Assembly: GCA_001776935.1 (NCBI GenBank)
Contig: MFDN01000005.1
Coordinates: 68,893 to 132,892, forward strand
Reading direction: 5' to 3'
DNA from: Candidatus Daviesbacteria bacterium RIFCSPLOWO2_01_FULL_39_23
GTDB lineage: Bacteria; Patescibacteriota; Microgenomatia; Daviesbacterales; UBA10151
Length of the DNA: 64,000 nt
The translations under genes and the position numbers were made by a program. How positions within the stretch are numbered: position 1 is the stretch's first letter; every line of letters starts with the position of its first letter. Of the stretch, positions 56,276-64,000 are shown in pieces. The notes beneath the pieces are model-generated. The model was not told the origin of the DNA, ran no database searches, and worked only from the letters and a program-made list of their open reading frames with translations.

Positions 56276-58195
56276 ATGACTGCCCGATTTGAATTTACAA
56301 TTTACAATTTGTTTTTCAAACTGCCTCCGGCAGAGCACTTTACAATTAAATTCTTAATAATCTCTCTTCTGGCTTTTGTTTGTACATTATACATTGTACA
56401 TTTTACATTCCTCACCCCTGCTTCTGCCCAGACCCCTTCTGCTGTTACTGTAGCCACCTCTTCATCCACCTCGGGGGAGCCAAAGCTCACCCCCGAGGTG
56501 TCTCAAACAATACCCTCCTATATCCCCCCTACTTCCCCTCTTTATACTGATCTTTTGGTAAATAATTTATTCCATTCCTTCAGTTGTCTGGCAATCGGGC
56601 AATCCATGATCGGACAACCCTGCTTGACTTATAAAGTCACCAAAAACGCCCAAGGCGCACTTCAGGGCATACCGGTTCTATCCCAGGTGAACCTGTCCGG
56701 CGGTGCATTAGGCTCTGTAACTTCGGTCATCGGAGCTTTGTACCTAAATCCTCCGGTAAGAACTGCTGATTATTTAGCTTCTGTGGGAACCGGATTAGGG
56801 ATTGTTAAAGAAGCCAATGCACAGGTTGTCGGTTCAGGCGCGGCAGTATTAAGTCCTATTTTAAGCCTTTGGCAGGTTTCCAGAAATGTTTCATACGTTA
56901 TCATGATCATTATTTTTGTGGTGATCGGGCTAATGGTGATGTTCCGGAATAAACTTAACCCCCAAACAGTTATTACAGCCCAGGCAGCTTTACCAGGACT
57001 GGTGATTGGCTTAATTTTAATCACTTTTTCCTACTTTTTAGCAGGACTTATTTCCGATATGGCTTTTGTGGGAACCAATGTAGTAGGTTATTATTTTGTG
57101 GCTGCCCAGGGCAGATTAGACGATCCACAGTTTAAGGACCAGCTCAATTTAACACAGAAAATCTCTCAAAGTAGTATCCTAGACATTTTAGCCCCACTAA
57201 CAGGAATAGTAACACGGGAAAGAGCAGACGATGCAGCCAACCGCTTTGTCAGCCAACTGGGAGATGCCATCTGGCCAATAAGAATAGCAATATTCTTCCT
57301 AAGCGCACAATTTTTGATGCCCATTGCCGGCGGTATTCCCCCTCCTTTTGGTTTGATTGCAGCTCCAATAGTCAGCCTGTTTGGCGGAGCTGTTGCTAAC
57401 ATCGGTCTACCCTTCTTTTTGGGTTACTTTTTAAGCTTTGCTGCTGCTTTGGCACTCACCTATCAAATGATCAAACTGCTGATTAAACTGATTATGGCAT
57501 ATCTGACAATAATTTTTTTGACAATCAGCGCCCCGTTTCAGTTTTTGTTTGCTTCTTTACCGGGCAGACAGGGAATAGCCACCGGCTGGATTATGAACAT
57601 GTTGGGAAATATTTTAATATTTCCGGCAGTGGTGGCAGTCATTTATTTTGTAGCATTCCTGCTTGGTCCTGAACTAATGGCGCCGCATTGCCCCCAAGCT
57701 ACCTGCCCATTTAAGGTTTCCAATTTAAATCAGGAGAGTAACATTGCTCTTGTATCTCCAGTATATGCCCAAGGTGCTAATGAAATAATCGGCAACTCAA
57801 CTTTCCCTTTATTAGGAGGAATGGATTTGAATTTTGTCAAGATTTTACTGGCTTTTGGGGCTTTAATGGCATTACCCACAATCCCTGATATAATAACCAG
57901 AGCCATTGGCAAAGGAGGACAAGCAGGATCTATGATCGGACAAGAAATTATGGGTGGCTTTAGAGAAGGCCAAGGCTACGCCCAAAGAACCTACATGGGG
58001 GGACTAAACTATGCTCAGGGAGCTAAGACAAGTATCTTTGGAGAGAAACAGTTCTCTAGAAACCCCACGACAGGAAGATGGGCGGCTACTTATGGAAAAC
58101 CTGGTGCGGTTCATTGGGGTCAGATTGAAAGGGGTAAAACAGATGCAGATATGACAGAAGGCACGAAAGCAGGCACTCAGGCTTTAGGAAGTTAA
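56276..58195 (+). CDS. Polytopic membrane protein, VirB6/TrbL-like (CPR)
   Basis: W..SRN.SY, G...MFR, LITFSY, I.AP......LPG; follows the pilin array. Confidence 0.7.
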   Translation: MTARFEFTIYNLFFKLPPAEHFTIKFLIISLLAFVCTLYIVHFTFLTPASAQTPSAVTVATSSSTSGEPKLTPEVSQTIPSYIPPTSPLYTDLLVNNLFHSFSCLAIGQSMIGQPCLTYKVTKNAQGALQGIPVLSQVNLSGGALGSVTSVIGALYLNPPVRTADYLASVGTGLGIVKEANAQVVGSGAAVLSPILSLWQVSRNVSYVIMIIIFVVIGLMVMFRNKLNPQTVITAQAALPGLVIGLILITFSYFLAGLISDMAFVGTNVVGYYFVAAQGRLDDPQFKDQLNLTQKISQSSILDILAPLTGIVTRERADDAANRFVSQLGDAIWPIRIAIFFLSAQFLMPIAGGIPPPFGLIAAPIVSLFGGAVANIGLPFFLGYFLSFAAALALTYQMIKLLIKLIMAYLTIIFLTISAPFQFLFASLPGRQGIATGWIMNMLGNILIFPAVVAVIYFVAFLLGPELMAPHCPQATCPFKVSNLNQESNIALVSPVYAQGANEIIGNSTFPLLGGMDLNFVKILLAFGALMALPTIPDIITRAIGKGGQAGSMIGQEIMGGFREGQGYAQRTYMGGLNYAQGAKTSIFGEKQFSRNPTTGRWAATYGKPGAVHWGQIERGKTDADMTEGTKAGTQALGS

Positions 58196-61100
58196 TTCCT
58201 AAAATCACCTTTTTTGATACCTGGAAACATCTCGGTGTTGCCTGCAACAGCTTCTTTACGGACTAGCGGCGGGATACTCTCTCCCAAATTCCTTATCTTT
58301 TCTTGATCATATTTGCCTGTTTTTCTATTTAACGTATACCAGTAGAAACCTTCTTCCCGCATAAACTCTAGAAGACCTCTTCTCCTTACATTTTCCAAAG
58401 CTTTTTTGACTTCCTTATGCAACCCTGGATCATTCCAGGTTTCTTCATTCAGCAGTGACCGCCCTTTTTGTTTTGCCGCGTTATCTGGCCTAGGTGCCTT
58501 TATCGTATTCCCTTGCGTATCTGTTTTAGGCCGACCTTTATCATCCAGTACCGGATCCATAATAATGTTTCCATCCTGATCCCGTTCATGCAATACTTTG
58601 GATAAAATTAGAGCTCCTTCCTGAGCTAATCTGTTTCTTTCATAATCTCTGAGGATCAGATAATCGCCATCCATGAGCATTGTTTCAACCATTGCAAGAG
58701 ATATCTCGCTGAAAGCTTCTCTTGAATATCCCAGCCGGTCAACAATGCCCCTTCCTCCTTTATCCAAACTTTCTCTGAGCAGCCTTCTAAAGGCATACCA
58801 CCTTATAGTATTCTCATAGACATAGTTTCTGGGCGCATTTCCAATCCTGTTTTGTTCAACTTCTTTTTCTGCCTTTAGCCACATTGTGAAATAGTCAAAT
58901 ACTTTAGCTGTTGTATTATAGAGCTCATTTGATTTTACTTTTCCCTTAGATGCTAGTTTATTGTGATCTACCCAAGTTAATTGTCTGGCTACTTCCAAAT
59001 CAGGATCATTAGACAAGCGTTTTCCTGATCGTACTTCATCCATAAGAATAATATATGTCTTTGTATACCCCAGGCCGAGACTATGCAGGATATTTTCTGC
59101 TACTATACTACGCATCACGTCAGCTACCTGCCAGGCACCATGAATGGGTTCCATTAAAAATCCGGGGGTGAATTGACCTTCTCCTAAGCTCCCGCCTGTC
59201 AAAGCTGTCCTAGCTTTATAAGCTGCTGCTTGTGCTTTGGCGTTTTGAGTCATATCTTTTCTAGGATCAAGCATTTTCTGCTTATGAGCCTCAACCTCAT
59301 TCCTCCTTTTCATGTAATTATTTATATCCCCAATACTTCGGCATCCTAACCATATTCCTAAAGGAAAATAGTTTGTCCCAGCAAAAGGAATAAATTCTGG
59401 AAATTTTACTCCCCCGCTGGTAGAAATATTATATTCTGCCTCAGTAACCGTAAGATTTTCTGGATCATCTCCTGAATCAACTACCCTTAATCTGTCTTCC
59501 ATTTCCTGTGGTTCACCCCAGTCATCAGACATGGTAAACAAAGAAACAGCCGGTTTAGGCACCCCCTGCACCTTCACAACCTTGCCATTAATATCACGCT
59601 CATAAATTGGATATTTCCCAAGCATAAATTCATTATTTGCGCGTCTCGTTTCTGAACGCAAACCTCTTCTTTCGCGTTCCAAAAATTCATAAATTTCTTT
59701 TTTATAATCCGCAAAAGGTAAACCCGGGGCTACTTCTACTCCAAACTCTGCCAGGATTCCCCCGAAAAATTTAATCCCGGAGTTATCAAGAGCGCTGGTG
59801 TGCGGCGTGGTTGGAAATCTTCCGTTTACCATACCCTTAGCTTTAAAAGCATGGGTAACTAAAAACTGACAGTCGACTAATTTATTCCTTAAATTTTTCG
59901 TAGTTTCATCCAAAGCCCGGGTTGCAGTATCAATTGCAGTCTGATCTTTAGCGAGCTCTGCTTTATACAAGGCTTTTTGTGTCTGACGCTTGGCATCTTT
60001 AAAGGGTTTTATTTCTGCCTCTTCATCAGCAATAGCCTTTGCCAACCGCGCCTCAATCACATCCCATACACGAAGACTTTTTCTTTCCGGGTCTACAATA
60101 ATAGCTTCACCATTAGCATCTCTTTCAACTTCAACCTCGCGAGTAACAGGATTTATCCTCCCTTTAATCAGACCTAACAATACACTGGTTTCATCATCAG
60201 CCAGTCTGCCTGTATATTCCCCTGCTTGTGGATGACCTTTTGGCATAATCATTCTAATTCTCATCCCGCCCAGTAAACTACTTTCCATCAAAAACCCCTG
60301 AAAAGACCGGGCCAGTTCAAAACCAAATCTTGCTTCCTCTATACGCCCAGCTTGAAGATCTTTAATTCTTGCCTGAACCTCAACATCGCCATCCGCCGCC
60401 TCCGGAAAATAGGCTGATTCATACATTGCCACCCGTTCTTCGTCTGTTAAGGAACGATCAATTACTTTAGCTGCCCGATCTATCTTCAGCCTGACTTTGT
60501 CCCAACCGCTTGGATACCATCTTCTTTGATGAGTTAAAATCCGTTTATCGTTATAATCTTTTACCCATCTCCAGGCAATGCGATCGCACTCTGTTAGGTC
60601 TCCTTTTTTCTTAGCTTCATCAAATTGAGCCATAGCATTTTTGCTCGGACGTATAAAATAACTCCTTTTTTTATTACTTAACAACTCCATCTGCTCCCGG
60701 ATCCTAGTCCTGACAGCTTCTTGTCTTGTGCTTTCTGTTTTTTGCTCAACTTCTTTTTCAATCCATGCTTTGCTTTCATCAGAATCAGGATTTTTACCCT
60801 CATTACGCAACCGGATACGTAACTGCTCCCGGAAAACATCTTTGCGCACTTCAGCTAAATCAAATAATTCCTCGTCTGATAAAGGTCTGCGCCTACGCTT
60901 TTCCTCTTGTTCAATTTCAGCCCGTGTAACAAAATCAAACCCATCCTCGCGGTCTAATTGCTGTTTTATCCTGCGGAAAACTTTGACACGTAAATCATGT
61001 CTTGTTAAAGCCTCATCATCCTTTGTGTCTGCAATTCTTTTCCTGATTTCATCGTTGGGATCCAAGAGTAATATTTCCAAAGGATCGTTTGCGGAATATT

Positions 61101-63219
61101 GCAATTTATAAAATTCCCTTAGTTCAAAAAAACCTTTATAAGCTAACCTTGCATCTTCCTCGTCGTCTTTACTTCTGATCAACCTTAAATCTTCCTCGCC
61201 TTGTTTTGGCTCTTTACTGAACAGATCTCTGTGCAACCCAAAGAGAGATTCCGTAAAAAAATCCAGAGTGGCAGCTTCATCTATCAACTCCTCCTGTATT
61301 TCTGTCCTGTAATCAAGAATATCGCCCTCTTCGGCTTTATCTGTGCGCCAATTATGTCCAGTCCAGTAAGTTCCATCCTTATGCCTTCTTATTCTCTGCA
61401 TCAGATAAGCTGCACACCTGTTTTCCAAATACATGGCATTAAAATTTGCAATAAACCTGGCAGCAAATCTTTCTTTTGCCTGTGGCCCATATTCAGTATT
61501 ACCAGCTTTCATAATCATATCGTTGGCAAAAACATCAGGTAAAGCTTCGCTTATAGCTCTTGCTCTCAGGTAGTCCGGGTTTGTTTCCAGGATTTTTCCA
61601 AACAGTGCAACTAATCCTGGTTCATCATTACACCGGATGCGGCTGTTTTTAAGTAACATCGGACCAGTCTTTCTAGCTTCTTCAAACTCCTGATTTGCAG
61701 TTCCCGCATCACGCTGACCTATATCTGCTATACGGTCCTTCATCCAGTCCATTACAGTCAGAATCATGTCTCTTGCGCTTTCAGGCCATCCGAATATAGT
61801 AATAGTTGCTCCTCCCCAATAAGATTCGGCTTGAAAATACCTGTTTTCGGATGTACTCATCCTATCCTTAGCCCGTTGACGTTTAATTATGGTGAAGATT
61901 CTTTCTACGGCAGGATGTTTAATTATTCTGTTGATGCCTTCCTCCTCAAAACCGATTAACGCATGAATCCCATCCCATAAATATTGATATATACCTCCAA
62001 TCTCAGCTTTTAACGGCGCAAGTTCAGCAGCATCTTCCAATATTTGTTCCTGCATCCGCGCCCGGCTTCTTTCCTGCTCGATCACAGCTTCTCTTCCCCT
62101 GCCCTGTAACTCACGAACTCTGGTTTCCTTAATCTTTTTATAAGAATCCAGAACCCTTCTAAAAAACTCCTTTAAGGGTTTTACCGGATGATTTTCTGCT
62201 TCAAGCGCCAATTGCTCAATCCTTTGCCTGCTTTGTTCTTGAAGCAGTTTAAGTTGCTGTTGCTCAATTGGGTCTTTCGGTATCGGCCTTGACATTAATT
62301 GTTCATAAACAATTCGAGCTTGAGTAAAAACGCTTGGCCGTTCCGGATTATTTAACTCTATAGCCCTATTCCGGAGTATTTCAACTTCATCCAAAAGACC
62401 ATTTGCTTTATCTGCGGCAGCATCGGGTATCTTTCCTTCATACAGTTGTGCTTCAACAAATACTGCGATTCTGTTAAAAAAGTCTTCATCTGCAAGACCC
62501 CGATCAACGGCATGTTTTACTCTTGTCGCAACCTGTTTTAGCATTGGATTAATACCATAGTCATCCGGATTAATACTTCTTTCTCCCGGAGAGAGACGAC
62601 CCACTAATCCTGCTTCAAAAAGTTTACGTCTTTCTTCTTTAGTAAAACTTGATAATTCTTCTGCTTTTCCCCGGATCTGTTCCCGCTTTAAATTGTATAC
62701 ACCCGCCCGGTATTCTTCATTAAGACCTGCTTCCTTTGATGCTTTTTCATGAGCAGCTATAAGCTCCTTCTGCTGTTGTTCAGACAGTTCTTTGCCTAAC
62801 ACTTCTGCTGCTTTTTGCTTGCGCTCTTCGTCCCCAAGCGCGGCATTTTCTAAAACAGTTCCCTCTACTATTATCTTTCCGTTTATTACCTGTCCAGGTG
62901 ATAATGGCATATTTGGCAAATTAACCTTTGTTGATTCCGGCTGACCCGTTACTTTTTCATTATTGGCCTTTTGAGCGAGCGCAGTACGTATACGCTCCGC
63001 TTCTTGTTCTGCATCTTTAAGAAAGTCTTCGTGAGTTTCATATTTATACCGTTGCTGTTGAATAACTTCCAGAGGATGACGCTGGTTTAGCGTCGCAAAT
63101 AGCTGACGGGACATGCCTGGAATAGGAGATTTAACCGCTGCATTTTCGGCTTGGGGTCCTGGTTGTGTAACTTCTGGTCCTGCATTTGTTCCTTCTGCCA
63201 TATTTCTTTCTTGCGCCAT
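58192..63219 (-). CDS. Giant (1675 aa) helical hypothetical protein
   Basis: Uninterrupted ORF with GAAAGGA RBS-like sequence; charged, coiled-coil rich, no signal peptide. Confidence 0.85.
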   Translation of the reverse strand: MAQERNMAEGTNAGPEVTQPGPQAENAAVKSPIPGMSRQLFATLNQRHPLEVIQQQRYKYETHEDFLKDAEQEAERIRTALAQKANNEKVTGQPESTKVNLPNMPLSPGQVINGKIIVEGTVLENAALGDEERKQKAAEVLGKELSEQQQKELIAAHEKASKEAGLNEEYRAGVYNLKREQIRGKAEELSSFTKEERRKLFEAGLVGRLSPGERSINPDDYGINPMLKQVATRVKHAVDRGLADEDFFNRIAVFVEAQLYEGKIPDAAADKANGLLDEVEILRNRAIELNNPERPSVFTQARIVYEQLMSRPIPKDPIEQQQLKLLQEQSRQRIEQLALEAENHPVKPLKEFFRRVLDSYKKIKETRVRELQGRGREAVIEQERSRARMQEQILEDAAELAPLKAEIGGIYQYLWDGIHALIGFEEEGINRIIKHPAVERIFTIIKRQRAKDRMSTSENRYFQAESYWGGATITIFGWPESARDMILTVMDWMKDRIADIGQRDAGTANQEFEEARKTGPMLLKNSRIRCNDEPGLVALFGKILETNPDYLRARAISEALPDVFANDMIMKAGNTEYGPQAKERFAARFIANFNAMYLENRCAAYLMQRIRRHKDGTYWTGHNWRTDKAEEGDILDYRTEIQEELIDEAATLDFFTESLFGLHRDLFSKEPKQGEEDLRLIRSKDDEEDARLAYKGFFELREFYKLQYSANDPLEILLLDPNDEIRKRIADTKDDEALTRHDLRVKVFRRIKQQLDREDGFDFVTRAEIEQEEKRRRRPLSDEELFDLAEVRKDVFREQLRIRLRNEGKNPDSDESKAWIEKEVEQKTESTRQEAVRTRIREQMELLSNKKRSYFIRPSKNAMAQFDEAKKKGDLTECDRIAWRWVKDYNDKRILTHQRRWYPSGWDKVRLKIDRAAKVIDRSLTDEERVAMYESAYFPEAADGDVEVQARIKDLQAGRIEEARFGFELARSFQGFLMESSLLGGMRIRMIMPKGHPQAGEYTGRLADDETSVLLGLIKGRINPVTREVEVERDANGEAIIVDPERKSLRVWDVIEARLAKAIADEEAEIKPFKDAKRQTQKALYKAELAKDQTAIDTATRALDETTKNLRNKLVDCQFLVTHAFKAKGMVNGRFPTTPHTSALDNSGIKFFGGILAEFGVEVAPGLPFADYKKEIYEFLERERRGLRSETRRANNEFMLGKYPIYERDINGKVVKVQGVPKPAVSLFTMSDDWGEPQEMEDRLRVVDSGDDPENLTVTEAEYNISTSGGVKFPEFIPFAGTNYFPLGIWLGCRSIGDINNYMKRRNEVEAHKQKMLDPRKDMTQNAKAQAAAYKARTALTGGSLGEGQFTPGFLMEPIHGAWQVADVMRSIVAENILHSLGLGYTKTYIILMDEVRSGKRLSNDPDLEVARQLTWVDHNKLASKGKVKSNELYNTTAKVFDYFTMWLKAEKEVEQNRIGNAPRNYVYENTIRWYAFRRLLRESLDKGGRGIVDRLGYSREAFSEISLAMVETMLMDGDYLILRDYERNRLAQEGALILSKVLHERDQDGNIIMDPVLDDKGRPKTDTQGNTIKAPRPDNAAKQKGRSLLNEETWNDPGLHKEVKKALENVRRRGLLEFMREEGFYWYTLNRKTGKYDQEKIRNLGESIPPLVRKEAVAGNTEMFPGIKKGDFRN

Positions 63220-63230
63220 AAATTCCTTTC

Positions 63231-63390
63231 TTTAGAGTCTAGTCGCTAGAGTCAAGAGTCTAGAATTTATGATCTTAACTCCAGCATAGAACTTCCAAAA
63301 TTAAAAGTCAAAACTCAAAGTTCAAAGCTCAAAACTACAGCTTAAAGCTTAAAACTTACAAGTAGTTTATACTGAGTAAAATCGAAGCGC
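63231..63390. repeat. Heptamer tracts and REP-like half element upstream of the giant ORF
   Basis: TAGAGTC TAGTCGC TAGAGTC AAGAGTC; AAGTCAA AACTCAA AGTTCAA AGCTCAA AACTACA GCTTAAA GCTTAAA; CTGAGTAAAATCGAAG. Confidence 0.65.
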
Positions 63391-63396
63391 TTGATT

Positions 63397-63714
63397 TTAT
63401 TTTGACAAAATCCTGACGGGTTTAAAGTTAAATATTGATCTACCTAATTCCAAAACACTCCCTCTGCATTGTCCCCCAAAACCATGTTTCCCATTACACT
63501 GAAAACATCTCCGCCGACTCCCTCTTGCACGACGAATCCTTTTTGACCCTCTATTAGCTTTTAATTCGCCGGACAAAAAATCCGGAATTAACCTGCTTAC
63601 AGACGAAGTCTCGTTAAACCGAGCCATGATTGTTTCTGGAAAAGAAGGATTAACCCTCTGCATAACATCTGGGTAAACTAGACCGTTAATTCTTAAAGGT
63701 ATTTCTACTGGCAT
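63397..63714 (-). CDS. Hypothetical basic protein with Cys/His cluster
   Basis: AAGGAG RBS before ATG; CFQC...H.....C. Confidence 0.5.
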   Translation of the reverse strand: MPVEIPLRINGLVYPDVMQRVNPSFPETIMARFNETSSVSRLIPDFLSGELKANRGSKRIRRARGSRRRCFQCNGKHGFGGQCRGSVLELGRSIFNFKPVRILSK

Positions 63715-63788
63715 ATTGTAACTCCTTACAGAAACGCAATATTACAATATTTTTCCTTATGCAACAACCAAACTAATAGCTCAAAACT

Positions 63789-63998
63789 CTATGCTGCTTT
63801 TGGTAATTCATAATCTTCTTTCTTTTCTTCTTTCTTTGCTCCTGATGGAGCACAGGAAACTTTATCTGTCCCGCAGCTCTGACAATTATTAACATATCCT
63901 TCCCAAGGCCTCTTGTTAATTGCTCCACAAACAGGACAAGGAAAGTATAGCGAACCCATGGAATCTGATTCACCAATAACAGATGCCCCGGCTATACC
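63789..63998 (-). CDS. C-terminal part of a zinc-ribbon protein (gene starts beyond the window)
   Basis: Frame reads ...SDSMGSLYFPCPVCGAINKRPWEGYVNNCQSCG...PKAA*. Confidence 0.7.
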   Translation of the reverse strand, partial: GIAGASVIGESDSMGSLYFPCPVCGAINKRPWEGYVNNCQSCGTDKVSCAPSGAKKEEKKEDYELPKAA

Positions 63999-64000
63999 TG

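Noticed and set aside
712-61542. Numerous antisense ORFs nested in long genes
   Set aside because: Shadow frames of well-supported genes with no independent motifs.
63773-63976. 67-aa ORF from the track
   Set aside because: Another frame on the same strand gives a CxxC...CxxC zinc-ribbon C-terminus and is more plausible.

Overview
This window is chromosomal DNA from a Patescibacteria (CPR) genome, probably Microgenomates, using standard code 11. The taxonomy is inferred from gene families and promoter style. Core genes include an ftsB-like gene, a Xer-type recombinase, a VirB4/TraD-like ATPase, sodN-sodX, trxB, purT, dnaG-rpoD, tlyA, comF, smpB-tmRNA, a SpoIID-like gene and a TrbC/VirB2-like pilin cluster. 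The non-coding layer is rich. It holds nine tRNA genes (one only as a 3' exon): two are split by group I introns (fMet at the window start; Asn at 35/36), one is Ile(UAU), one is Arg(GCG), and four are Ser isoacceptors. A ~12.9-kb serine-integrase island (20261-33170) sits in the 3' end of tRNA-Asn. Its att core lies inside the integrase reading frame, and three older junction relics lie further left. The island carries a tight operon of lamin-tail, OLD-like ATPase, HEPN-like and DUF5677-like genes (candidate defence system), LexA, an MvaI/BcnI-type R-M pair and an unexplained structured RNA. Two homologous HTH-LAGLIDADG-like genes abut tRNA genes and appear to carry the tRNA promoter in their last codons. 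A four-helix-bundle gene is bracketed by heptamer-built inverted repeats, and gene-less relatives of these repeats sit in signal-peptide coding regions. All family calls come from motifs read by eye; no database search was run.
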